A stretch of 64,000 bases of DNA from Raillietiella orientalis. Lineage: Eukaryota. Of this stretch, positions 50,671-63,042 are shown in pieces; position 1 is the stretch's first letter, and every line of letters starts with the position of its first letter. The stretch covers positions 372,001 to 436,000 of the forward strand of contig JAYWIR010000016.1 in assembly GCA_036172245.1 (NCBI GenBank), given 5' to 3'. Both the position numbers and the translations under genes were made by a program. The notes under the pieces were generated by a model, which did not search any database, was not told the origin of the DNA, and saw only the letters and a program-made list of their open reading frames with translations.

Positions 50671-51604
50671 GGAAGGAGGGAACGATTGAAAGCAAAGTCC
50701 CCCTGTCCCTATCCTTCCGCCTTTTTTTCATTTATTTACTATCCTCTTCCTCCGTTACCTACTTCCTTAGAAGCCGTGCTGGCGATCATCTCCAATGGAT
50801 TTCTTTTTTCTTCTTCTGGCATCTATTGTATTTAGGGGACGCTGCTTCCCTGATTTGTGGTTTGTGTCTTTTTTTTTTTTTTTTAATAAACATCCCGTCT
50901 TGAGCGGGTGCAAAACTTTTGGCCTGGAGTCTAAGCGGGAAGTGTGGAGACACCGCAGGAAGGCATGCGAGCGCTCTTCGTAAGCTCACCAGGGAAGGCT
51001 CTTAGGTTCTGGAAATAAAATCTTACGGTTGCCTTGGGAGCCGTTTCCTCCCATGTCAGCCTCCTGGTCTCATCAGATATCGTTCCAGTAGTCGATCCTG
51101 ATCCTTGTGAACCAAAAACACTCCGTGGCCTCATTTATCGAACCTCAGTCTGGTGCTCACGTAACTCTTGTGCTTACAGCAAGAAAGATGAGATTCCAGG
51201 AAAAAAAAACACTTCACTCTATCACGGACTTCTATGGGACTTCCGAACAGCGATTGCGCAGATCAGAATTCCTTCCGGACTACATAAATTACTCCATCTG
51301 CCTCCCGGCTAGGAGAGCTTTCTTCTTTCATGACGGAGCGGAAGTTTCAGAGAAATGTCACGGGATGCCGGCCTGCGCCCCGTGCAAGGAGGCAGATCAA
51401 TCCCGGGTGCCTTGACACCTCCCGATCGATCTGGGGTTAGAGTTTCCCTTCCCCACCCGTAGGGTCCTCGGACCAACGAACGACCGAGAAGCGAGTCATT
51501 CTGAAACCGAAGTCAAATCTGCTATCAAGAATGTGCGTACGGCTGGCATATGAGGGCATGGGGTCACGACGGCCACAAGCTGGCCAGCACGTTCACAGAA
51601 GCCT

Positions 51605-52812
51605 GTGTTGGCGGCTTCGTGGCTGCGGTCCCCGCTCCTGGCACCAAGCATTGCGGGTTCGAGTCCCGCTCGAGGAAGGAAAACTCCGGGAAATGGGTTT
51701 CGAGTCTCCCCTCCCGCAGGATGACGCTGGTTGGCCTCGGTTGGCCTATTCGGGTGTGGCACTGGTTGACAGCTGGTCATGCCGGGGAGTTTATTTATAA
51801 AAATAAACATTCACGTCTGTGGCAGGACGTTTGATCCTGCCACGTTACTTATAGCTTATACGAGGAGGAACCTGCCGGGAACTGGCGCACAGACCAGCTG
51901 GGTTCGTCTTAGCAGCACGAGGGAAGGGGAGACAAACAAAAAGAAAAAAATAAAACAAAAAATATACAGTCAAAAAAATGGGAAGGAATTCGGGAAGAGA
52001 TCACTGTGCGTTGTTTTTTTTCCTTCTGCATCCTTGTAAGGATGCCGGCAAGTTTTCTGTTTTAAGGTTCTCAGATGGGACCATCTCGATGCTATCCTCA
52101 TGAAAGGGACCGCAAAGTAGATGGCTTCCCTGCCGTTCTGGCCTCCTCTGGCGCTGCTGCTCCATGCAGCCACGGTCCCGCCGCGTGGGCAGCGCAGTGC
52201 TGCCAGGGATTCGACCGGCGCGAGGGTGCCGCACAGGAAGAGGCGGTTTCAAACGTCTCTGGTGCTGCCGCTGGATGTTCCAAGGGTCGCGGCAAAGCGT
52301 CCCCACAGTCCACTAGGAGGCGCAGGAGGGATTTCCGCTCCCCACAGCTTGCATAGCTCCCTAGGAGCACCAGTGCAGACTGGTGCGGCACTGGTGAAAG
52401 CCGGAAAACCCCAGGATGACCTCATTGACTGGCCTCCGGGATTGGAAGTTGACCCTGCGAGGTCCTTCCTGGAATCAAGGAGGCTGTCCCCTTTCGGGCT
52501 CAAAAACGGAGTCATTTATACCTCCCTCGGTGGTGCCCCTCTGGAGTGTAAGAAGCTCCTTCGGGGAACCGCCTTTCAGAAAGACGCGTTCCTTCGCGGT
52601 TCTTTTAAGAAAAGGAAAGAAGGGGTTGCTGGTTCCCTCCGGAGAAGAAATTGCAAGAGCAGATCCTTTCCGGGTTTCTTTCGGAGAAGAAGCGAGGAAT
52701 GTTCCCTTCCGGAAGCTCCTCTGGAGAGAATGAGGAAGAGGTCCCTTCGGAGTCCCCTCCCAAGCGTAACAGACGAAAACGACTCTTCGGAGTAGGCGGG
52801 AAAGAAAAAGAG
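51605..52812 (+). mobile_element. Long SINE, copy E, split by a LINE insertion at 51767-52381
   Basis: T-arm gcgggttcgagtcccgc at ~51653; the core resumes at 52382. Confidence 0.8.
51767..52381 (-). mobile_element. 5'-truncated LINE with 14-bp TSD
   Basis: 3' end aataaactccccggcatgaccagctgtca; TSD ggtgtggcactggt (51753-51766) / ggtgcggcactggt (52382-52395). Confidence 0.8.
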
Positions 52813-52814
52813 CA

Positions 52815-53531
52815 CGTGAGAGAAACTGCCCCGGAACCCAGGCTCTTGAGCCGGTTGCACCACCAATCCTCAGTGCAGAAACAGCAGGAGTCCCGTTTCA
52901 GACGGAACAGGAAACACGCAGAGAAGGATCCGCGAATCCTTCGGTGGGCTGTGGATTCAACTGCTGCAGGTGCGGGGAACGGGAATACCTCCCGCACCTG
53001 CTCGTTGATTGTGTTGCCCTCCGGTCCCTGTGATTGCGTTACACAACTGCCCTTGGTGCACAGACGGGCAATCCTACGGTCGTGATGAAGAGCCTCTTCG
53101 TGCGCGATGCCCTTTCGCCTGGCGCATCCCCAGCAGCCCCTTTCTGCCTACTTGTGGAATTGTGGCGACCCGGAGCTACGCGAGAGGAGGACGGCACGAT
53201 AGAGACGCCATCTGCTTCGCCCTGGGCTTCCTGCGGATGCCAACAAGATGGCCCCACATGGGGCATACTCAGATGGAACTTACCGACATCCTGGAATGGA
53301 TGCAGAGGACGTCCTCCAGAGTACAGCGATCCCTTCCCGTGCCCCCCAGAGTTTTGTTTTATTTTTGTTTTTGTTTGCCCCCTCCCCCTCCGCTGCCTAA
53401 GCAAACCTTGCCGACCTGCATTCCGGCTACTCGGCAGGTTCCGAACATTTTTGGACGTTGTAGGCCGATGACCCTACACACATAGGTTTATTATTTTCAT
53501 GATAAACATCCTAGTGTTACCAGGTGTTAAA
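52815..53531 (+). mobile_element. 5'-truncated LINE, close relative of the 26040 copy, opposite orientation
   Basis: LFVRDALSPGASPAA versus LFVRDALSPAASPAA; 3' UTR alignable with 26065-26270; ends gataaacatcctagtgttaccaggtgttaaa. Confidence 0.82.
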
Positions 53532-53559
53532 CCAAGAAGATCGCTGCACCGAAGGATCC

Positions 53560-56500
53560 CTTCGTCCTGGAACGGCGAGTGGCGCTGTCCACCAGCTGCG
53601 ATCGTCCTGCAGCAGTCGAGGAGTTCCTCGACTCCTACGATGGTGGAGACAAAATCCCCGCTCCTCCGACTGGCCGTTGTCGCTGTTTGCCACGAGGGCA
53701 GGTGGTGCCGTGGCAAGGAGTGAGACTGGCTTTCTAGGACCACTGTAGGAGATCTCCCGGCGGCTTGCATGGGAGTTCTCGCAGCGGGAGAAGTTCCTCT
53801 AGGCAGGACGAGAAGGCGGCATCACTCATCGAGCTCGTCCACCCGGCCGATGTCTACCCACCCTCAGGCGGTGCAACGGTTCCATCTTTGCGGACCGGCC
53901 GCCTATCAAGGATGTGTTCCGTGCGCTCTTCAGCGCGAAAGCTGCAGACTGGCGTGCGTTTCGAACCCTCGCGCCTGCTGGAGGAAGTCGAACTGTCCCC
54001 TGCAAACAGGAATGGGGCGCCGGCTCATAAACTTTCGAGATCCTCCTATTTTTCTGGCTCAGTTTATCTCGACTGCCAATCTCCTTAAACTCCGACTGGG
54101 AGACTTCCTACCGGATCACTCATTCGCATGCCAGCTGACACTAGGAAAAGCAGCGCTCCTGAGGAAAGGATGACTGTTCCTTTCCTCTCCTGGGAACAGC
54201 CTTTCAGCGACTTCTTCCCTGCTTGAGATTAGGATAATCTCTTGCTAATTTATCATTCCGATGGATGCGCAGCCGGTAGTTTCCAGCTGAAGCGCTTCCC
54301 GTTCGGAAATCTCTAGTGCTGTCTCCATACAGGATCGAGATGTGGAAGAGAGGTCTCCTGGAACTCGGGCAATCTAATGCGGGGGGTGGAACACTTCTCC
54401 GGCGCGCTACCCCGATGCAGGGTCGCTCGAAAGCGCTTTCGGGAGGTTCTTTCGAGCACTTCACCTCGTATCTTCGGGATGCCTCAGCGTACCAGAGCAA
54501 ATTCACGGTTTTTCCCCAGTGGATGCGGACCGAGTGCATCTTCTGTGGCCGCCTCTTGCTTATTTCCGCGCGAGCGTTTTCAGGACTTCCAATTTTCGAA
54601 ACGCTGAGCACGTTCCTGATCTATCTGGCTGGATGGGAAACCGTGGCCCGAGGTGTTGGGAAACCTTGCAGGGTTCCCGCTCAGAACGTCTTCTTTTTCT
54701 TGCAAGCATTGAGGATGTCCCGAGCTTCGGAACAAATTTCGGTCCGGAATCCTCCTCGAGAACCCGTTCGCTCCCCTTTGATTCCTTCACGGCAGCTCTC
54801 CAGTGCTTGCCAATTCTTCACGTCGGTGCATTCAGACTTCAGCTCCAGCATCCAGCGTTGATTCTTGGACGGGGCTCCGGGATCCATGAATGCATGAAAT
54901 TCAAGGCCCCAGTTGCTTGAGTGCTTCGCAGCTTGGGCAGCTTGCAGCGATTCTGGTGAGCGAAATGTTTGTCGGCAGAGGGTCTCCCAGGCCTTGCCGG
55001 AGCACAGAAGAGCCAATCCCCCCCAAACCGAAGAGCCGGGGCGATGTTTCCCTTCACTTAGAATGCACTGCCGGTCGAAGAGCCGGCGAACGGCAGCATT
55101 TCACCGAACACTTCGGACACGCTTCTTGTGGTTCGCACCAGCAGCATCACGGAACCCTCCGCGCCTGGCGATTCCAGCGATCGCCCCAGGCGTGGCGCGC
55201 GCAGAAGCGCACTTACCCTCGGCTGCTTTGCGGTCTTCCTTCCATCGGCTTTTCCGCCGTGACTGCTGGAGGTTCCTGTGAAGGAAATCCTCCTCGTCCG
55301 AAGAAAATTCGACCGCGCGAAGAGGCTTCTGGAGGGAAGCAGCGGTTTCTTTCTTATCTCCGCTGCATGTTCCCCTGAGATCTTCACTTTGGAAAAAGGG
55401 AGCAATGGCGCTCCGTTTGGGAAACAGCCATGGTATAGGAATCGAAGTGGCTCAAGTACTCTTCCGGGGCCACTTGTTTCACAAATCAAAATCCTAGATC
55501 AATATTCTGATCAGCAGAGAATTCATGGCGCGACGGTCAAGTCCTTCCTGCTCTCGCATCGGTGGAAGATGAACAGCGGCTTGGAACTTCATCCCGACGA
55601 GGAAGAGAATGTATTTTCGAAGACGCCAGTCCTCTGGAGGTCTCAGGCCTTCAGAAGATGTTCGATCCGTAGAGTGCCGAAGAGGCAGCGTGCCGTTCTA
55701 CTTGCGAGTGTAGGTGAGGCTGGCTGGCTTTCTTCGCCTGCCTCTAGACAAATATAGGGAACGAACCCTGGACCCGTTCCCAGAAACACTCATGTTCCTT
55801 GAACCGAGAAACCAGGTCTTTCGTCCTTCGGTTTCCACGAAAATTCCCTTCCCGCTTCCCGGAAAAGTCAACATCGATTCTCCGAGTTGCTCCCCGAGAT
55901 GCATCTGGCAGAGCAAAGACCTGCTGTGGTAAGAAGCTTCCCAGCGCGGTTTAAATTTAATGCTGATTGATGGTGCAGGAGAACACGCTTGCTTTGTGGT
56001 TACTCCAGCCAGGATGAGTGTGGCACGCGGTCTCCCTCCAAAAAAGCAAACTGGCCAGAAGAGTTTTGGGAATCGAGACGGACGAAGGTTGCTACCTGTT
56101 CCTGGGAGAGGGGGCCCAACACGAAAGCACCTCTGCTTGCTTTCCGATCAGGGAAAATTCGGAGCCAATTTCATCGGATGCAGGAGACCAGCTGGAACGG
56201 GAACTCTGCGAGAAGCGCAGGAAGACACAGAGAGGTTCTTGGAATCGTTCTCTTCCAGAACCGAACAGACACCCCCTTCGAGTGAAACATGTGAGAGGGA
56301 GCTGTGTTTCCACGCGGAAGCTGCAATCGCCGCATCGGAGTGGACCAATACACTGAGTTCTTCCTTCACTCATCCCGTGGTGATTTTGGAAGTCTGGAGT
56401 GCTCCCGACGCTGTTTCAGAGACCAAGGGAGCATTTTGCCTTTTCTTGTACAGCACGGTGTATCTAAACGCTCCCTGTTCGCATTCAGCTTGAAGACTCA

Positions 56501-58050
56501 GACGTGATCGTGCGGTGCGGATCAATCAATGTACCTCAGATGTACGAGCACCTCAGATCGGTCCAATAGAGGTGAGCCGATCACACGTGCAGGAGGCGTG
56601 TCCGAGACAGTAGGAGCGCGTAAAAAGGGAAAGCGACGTGCCCAAACATCCCAGCATTTCAGAGATGCGCGCTGGAGGCAGCGAACACCCCATTGTCCGT
56701 ACGGAAAGCACCGTCAAGAATCACACATCTCCATCACAAAGACAAGTTTGAAAGAGAAGACGACTTGCAAAAGTGGTGCACACCTTCCTCTATCTTTGAG
56801 CGTGTTTCCCTGCTTCCACATGATCGCAGCGAGAAGGATGTGAACCAGCCACCGGGGCGTCCTCCCCTCGTGTCTCAGAGGCGAGCAGAACACAGTGTAG
56901 CAGATCTGCATTCTTACCCACGAAAGCGACCTCTTGCATATGGCATTTCGTCTTTGCTGGGAGCGCTGTTTCCTCCGTGTTGCCAGCGAGCAGCTCGGAT
57001 GATTCCTGCAGGCGATTCGTTGTTAGCCGGACAGACCATGCACCCGTGTTTTCAGATGCCCTCTGGGAGAGGGATGAACAGGAGGAAACTTGCCCTACCA
57101 TGCCGGCATTGAAGGTGGAGGGACTGGCTGGCTCTCCCACGAGGAGCAGTTTCTTGCGTTGGTCACTGTTGGTCACTGGTTCCGCAATAGGATGCCTTCG
57201 CCTACAGGGACACGGACCGGTGAAGTCAGCCGCTTTGCTCACATCTGCGCGTACAAAACCAGCAAAGGTTTCCCATCGATCCACTTGGACGCTTTCATCA
57301 CGTGGATCACGATGGACTCCACGTAGGTCTTTTCTGGCTTCATCCCCATTCCTTGAAGCACTTCTTTTCAGCGTCTGCCATTTTGCACTTCTCCTTCCTT
57401 CCATCTTTTCGTTCCTTTGTGAAGATTCCGCTGTCGCCTCCGATTTTTTGCACAGCGGTGGCCCTGTCGTTCGTCCATCGCTGGGAGATGAGTGCGAGCT
57501 GGGCAGATGTTTGCAGCAGGCAACGTTCTCGATTCATGTCGCTGTGCTATTCATCACATATCAGGAAGGATGCAGATCTTCAGAGCATGCGTGCACGAGT
57601 CAACAAGACATCGCCCGATTCCACCCTGTGGCCAGCACTGCAGAAACAACCATCCAAGCTGATTCGCTCTGACAAAAGGGCAAGGCCAACAGAACACACA
57701 CCTACGACCTCAGAGTCACCGTTTGGCCCCGTTGCAAGAGGGTTTGCCGTGACAACACCGTGCGAGGCGCACTGCAAGCTGCTCGCTTTGGTAGATTCCG
57801 AGGACCGCACGACGCTCTCTCCCTAAAGATGCTGCGCAGTATCCAGGGCAACCTCACGTTTTCTCAAGCATCGTCTCGCTGCAGCCCTCAGCTCGAGGAC
57901 TCGAACGCTGACCACGACCGCTGGAGAAACGGTGGAAGTTGACGTCCGCCTCCGGCTCAGAATTGTGGCGCAGCGCGGCACGCTGTTCACAAAAACGGCC
58001 TTAAAAGAGTTTTGGAAGCTTCTCAAAGGGTGCAGCAGCGATTCACTATG
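53560..58050 (-). mobile_element. Long, highly decayed APE-type LINE (ORF1, APE, RT)
   Basis: Ordered remnants: KCFK and LCWFC knuckle-like motifs (~57350, ~57260), HMQEV resembling LQET (~56935), LLDR (~56565), WGD resembling QGD (~55185), SADK resembling YADD (~54975). Confidence 0.5.
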
Positions 58051-58849
58051 ATTTTCATCATCCGATCGACAGGCCGAGAGGCTTCTCGCTCAGCTCGAAG
58101 AGTGGGATGCTAAAACAGCTAAAACAAAAAAAAGAGTGGGATGCGGGATGCAGACAAAGTGTCGCGTCCCCGACGCTCTTTGCAGCTTCCTCCATAGTCA
58201 TTCCTGTTCGTCACGTGGGAGGATTACTGGCAGCGACCTGTTCCATGTCTGCTGTGGATCTGCCGCCGTTCCCCAGTGTTCGTGCCACCCCCGTGGCGCC
58301 TTTCCGGTTTCTCGAGGAGTCCTTCGCTTTCCGGTGCGACCCATTAAGAAGGTCCAAGGGTGCGCGCTCAGTCCTCTGGGGGTGGAGAGTCAAAAATTCA
58401 GGAGCTCTCTCTCCTCCTCTCTTTGCTTCCAGCGCGTCTCTCGAACGGGAAGGAGATGCTGCCGCGCACGTCGACAACTCGCTCTTCTCTCTGCAACGCC
58501 GGGAGTCGGGAGGAGGCTGGGAGTCGTCCGCGGGACGGGTCGGTGGCTGGTTGGGCGCCGGCGCCCCGCGGAGTCCTGCCGAAGCTCTCCCGGACTCGGT
58601 CTGCGGGTCCACCGTGGCGCTTGGCCGTTACCGCGACGTAGCTTGTCGGCGCTGTGGTCGAGGAAGCTCGCCCGCCACCTGCACGTCTCCAGCGCGTGCG
58701 GCCAGCGCCTCCTCCTGGTCAGTGCTGGTATGCGCAAGACCTTCGCAACGAGCGAACGTTCTCGCGTGAACGGAAAGCGGCTGGGGCTGGCGGGGTGCTG
58801 CCCCACGCAGGAAGCGGCCTCCTTCTTGGACAAGGTGCCTTTCTTTTAG

Positions 58850-60570
58850 GGAATGCCGTGTCTCCCTGCGTTGCACGGGAGCGGTCAACAGCGACCACGA
58901 ACTGCGTCCGTGATCATCGTGCACACTGCTCCTCCTGAACGCTCGCCAGCTATTCCGGCTGTGCTGCTTGTTGTCACACACCATCCTCCTCTTCAATGTC
59001 TTATGCCTTTGTGTGGGAGGCCTTTAATAGTCGCCGTTCTTCGAGTTCCGGATTGCCAGGAGTCTAGGAGTCTGCTACACTCGCCGCGAAAACGAGCACT
59101 CCCAGGCCTGGGGAAGTTGTGCCTGACGAGGCAGGTGGAAGGCTTGTCCAGGTCAATCGACAACGAGCGAGGCATCTGGATGGCTATCTGCCGTACCGCC
59201 TTCCTCGCGCACGTGCGGTGGCCTTCGGGACATGAGGACCCCCCGAGACCTTTGCTTGGAGGTCTTTACCTTCGATTATGACAAGGTTCGCTACGTGCTA
59301 AACAACCGCTCGCCTCCTCAGGGGTCTCGCGAAGCTCTCCCGCATCACCCGAGGGTGCATGTGGACTCTTCAAGTTATAGGGGCTACCCCAGAAGGATCA
59401 CCCTACGGATACAGGAAGAGCCACCGGAGGAAGGAGTTCTTTCCTCTTACGCTTGGTAGGAAATCCCTAAGGAAACCTCTTCCTTATTCTCTCCGGAGGG
59501 ACTTTCTGAGGGAGATGCCCTCTATTTCTTCCACGGAGGGACCACCTGGTAAGGAACCGCTTCTCGTTTCCTCCTCTGATGAGAACCCGGAAAGATGCTT
59601 CCCGATTCCTCTGAGGGGCGCTCCCCGAAGGGAGCAGCGCGCTTCTTGATATTCTGGAGAGGCAATACCCTCTTCGGGGGTTGCCCCCGAAGAGGGTATC
59701 AACCAGCTCCATGGATGGCTCCATTTTCACAACCAGAGGGGAACTCCGAAGGGCTTCTTGATTTCTGGAAGAACCCTGGAGAGTTGACATCGAATCCCGG
59801 AGGCCAGCCAACAGGGGCATCCGGTTTCCGGCTTCCTCCAGTGATGCACCCTAATGGACCAGTCAGCGTCGCTCTGCGCGGGAGGCTCGAAACCCACGAA
59901 AGCACCCATTTCTCGGCGTCGATATCCTTCCTTCTCCGGGTGGGCGGGATTCGAACTCGCAACGCTTGGTTCCAGGCACAGCAGCCGCTGCCATGCGGCC
60001 GCCGACGCGGGCTTTTTTCTGTTCAGCAACTGTTTCCTGCGGTCCTCAGAGGACGAGACCTTGTCGTCGCAGGGATTCTAGCAAGGAAGAAGCTCTTGTA
60101 GGGAGTTGCGGAAATGATGACATGACGATGACGTGAAGCGCAAATACGCCTCCAGCGCCCCCGCTCTCTCCGGTGCAGCGAGGCCATTGCCCTCTCTTGC
60201 GAGCAGCCAGCCTTATCGAGGGAGCGCCACGCCCTACCGTTTCTCACTCGCCGAAGACTCCCCGACCGCATGCTGCTACCCGGACCAGCAGCGTCCTTGC
60301 GAGAGGAAGAGCAGGTCGCACATGCGGAAGGGACGCGAGGGAGCGCGACACCCCGGCGGCGGCCGATTCCTCATCTCCGCGCGAGGTGGCGTATCCCAAG
60401 GAGTCCTGCGCATTCTGCGGCAGCGCGCGGGATGCACTGCGCGCGCAGCACCGCGCGCTGCAGAAGGCGAGTCGCGTTCCGATGTACAACATGGACGAGA
60501 CGTATACCATACTATCTCCAGCTGCAACGAGCGGTTCCCCGCCGGTCGGGAAGGCAACCGCGTTCCCCGT
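58850..60570 (+). mobile_element. LINE ORF1 relic interrupted by SINE copy F
   Basis: 60015-60075 is the reverse-complement homologue of 39065-39125 (LFSNCFL vs LFSSCFL); CAFCGS knuckle-like remnant at ~60408. Confidence 0.6.
59315..60002 (-). mobile_element. Long tRNA-headed SINE, copy F
   Basis: Minus strand ggccgcatggcagcgg...gcgagttcgaatcccgc; body alignable with copies C and G. Confidence 0.82.
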
Positions 60571-63042
60571 GGATGAACTGTTAAAAAGAGCGGGGAGAAT
60601 TCCCTTCTTTCTCCTCCCTCCCCCCTCCTGGTGTGCGTTCGAAGATAACTGCAGCCACCCTTGCCTTCTTCTTTAGCATTCTCACGAATTCCCCTGCGCG
60701 CCTGAAGCTGTCCTGTCTTCGAAGCTGCTCTCTCTCGGGATGCTGGCCGGAAGAGAAGGGCAGATGCGGAAGACCGGGATTCCCTTGTTTCACAGCCGCA
60801 TCTCGGGGCCACCCTCTCACGCTCTCTTAGCGGAAACCTGCGCTTTTCTTCTTCGGTGAGGGGGGAGGGGGGAACACCATCGAGAATGGGCTGCGGGGAT
60901 TTTTTTTTCTCCTTCCCATGGTCCGCTTTTCGCGTCAGGGAGACATCGGGACTTGCTTTCGCCCTCCCCGGAGAGAGCGACGCTCTCGGCTGTGATCCGA
61001 GCGAAGCTGCCACAACGCCCACGGGAGGGCAGCCGCCATGATGCTCGGCGGACCGGAAACGGTCGGCCGCGTCGCGCAAGGTCCGGGGATCGGAGCCCCG
61101 CGACCCCTCCGCCCCAGCATCGCCCGGATTCTCCTGGATTTATGCGTCGGTTTCCCTCTGACGGCTGTCGGATGTTCCAAACAATTAAGGGATCTCCCGT
61201 TTCCCTGAAGAGAGAGAGAGAGAGAGAGAAAAAAAAGGAAAGGAAAGGATTTCCGTTTTCTGCTGGGGTCTGGGATCCAACGGAGATGAAGTTTCTCCTC
61301 CCCGCAGAGGAAGATGAGTTTTTGAAACTTTAAGGCAAAGACCGAGAGATGAGGGAGAAGGAGCGAGAGGGGAGCGAGGAACGCGCGCTCTCTGGGTAAG
61401 GTGCATTGGGAACGCCCTGTTCCGAGCATCAAGGGCAGCCCCATAAGAGGAAGAGGAGGAAGGAAGGGGGAAGGGAAGGGAACTTTGCCGCAGACCCCTC
61501 GCGGAGAATCGAGGACGCTTTTTCGGGATAAGAGGAGCCGAGGGGCAGCAGCTCCCCTTCCAACTGCCATCCATCCCTTCGGCAACGAAAGCCCCTGGAG
61601 GCCAGCGAGCGCTCCGACCCTCTGCGAGAGCTCACCCGCTTGCAGCGGAGCTCAGAGAATTTCGGAGGCCTGTTCGCTCCGATGCGCTGTCATCAAAGAA
61701 GGACTTCTCCCGCATGCCTTTCGGACTTCCGAGCTGGAGGTCCGCTGCCACTCAGGGACCAAGGGAGGAGGAAGAGGAGGCGGGAAGCCTTCCGGCAGCA
61801 GCCCTCCCCTTGAAGTCTTTTGGTTTCGGGCGCTACCATCACTCTAGACTGCTTTCGAGAGCGCGGCGTCAGAAAACGTGGGTTCGACCCGAGGCGCAAG
61901 AAGGGGCCACTCATTCGCAAGAGGTCGAGCTCACCCGGACATAACCGCCCGAAGGGAGCAAAAGGAGCGGCGCCTTCTCGGGAGATCCGACCGCTGCTTC
62001 CTGGCGGGGCGGGCGACGTCAGAAAACGAGAGGGGGCCTTTCCCGGACTAGCTCAACGCGAGACGACGTGTCTCCGCGCCTGGTCCTCTCTCCTCTGGAA
62101 GGAGGGGTTTCGTGGCGAAGCCCTGCAGAAGTCCAGACGATGGTCAGAGCGCGCGTCCCGTTCCGCTCAGGGAGGCGCGCCCGCTGCCTCCTCGGAAACT
62201 CCCGCGTGAGGTCAGGTCGAATCGACGGGAGCCGCGCGGTGTGAGGAGGCGTCGGGGGTCCGAACCAAGCACCCCGATTTCCTCAGAACCCGATTTTTCT
62301 TCGTCGGAGCGACCGTGGCGCCTCAAGAGGGAGAGCCGGCGTTTCTACCCGTGGGCGGCGGATCCGATTTTCGTCCAGGGAAGTCGTTCGTGAACGGCTT
62401 CCGCGACCACCGCTAGGGAGTCTTCCGCTGCGTGTGTGTGTGGGGGGGGGGCACGGTCGGCTGTGCCGAGGAGGACACGTAACCCACGAATTTCCTTAGG
62501 CGCGAAGGTTTATTAGAAGTCTCGAGAGGCGCTCTCTGCGCAGCTTCCACTAGATGGCGCACTGGAACGGCGCTTCGACCAAGCGCGCCGCCTCCTGCCT
62601 TCCGCCTGCGAGGAAGAGCGAAAATGAGTCCAGGCGTTTCCTAGGATGGGTGGGTGGGGTGCCCCCTTTTGTTTACGGGCGTCACGCGTTTTCTTCCCAA
62701 ACGAGGCGTCAGAACGGGATCCTCGGGTGCCATGGCGACCCTTATGGACGCGCCAACTCAGGCAGGCGGCAGATTCTGCAAAGCACCACCCGTTTGTTCG
62801 ATGCCAGCGGCCCTGCCAGACCGACGTTCGAGGAATCTGCCTCCTGGCATCCGAGGGAGGCAGAGAGCGTTGCCTTCCCTGAAAGCGCCCAGAGAAAATT
62901 CGACATTCAGATGCTTTCTTCCGGTGACCCCGGTAAAGTCGTCCTCGCACCCTAACTTCGTGCTAAAAAGAAGCCAGCAAGCTAGACGAGCGCAGACCAT
63001 TCAAAAGCACCACCACGGCGGCATCCCAGAAGGCCCAAGGAA

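Noticed and set aside
59940..60002. Functional tRNA genes at the GTTCGAA motifs (also ~27750, ~51655, ~63700)
   Set aside because: Only the T-arm is intact, with no convincing acceptor stem or anticodon arm; each is attached to the same repeat body, so these are SINE heads
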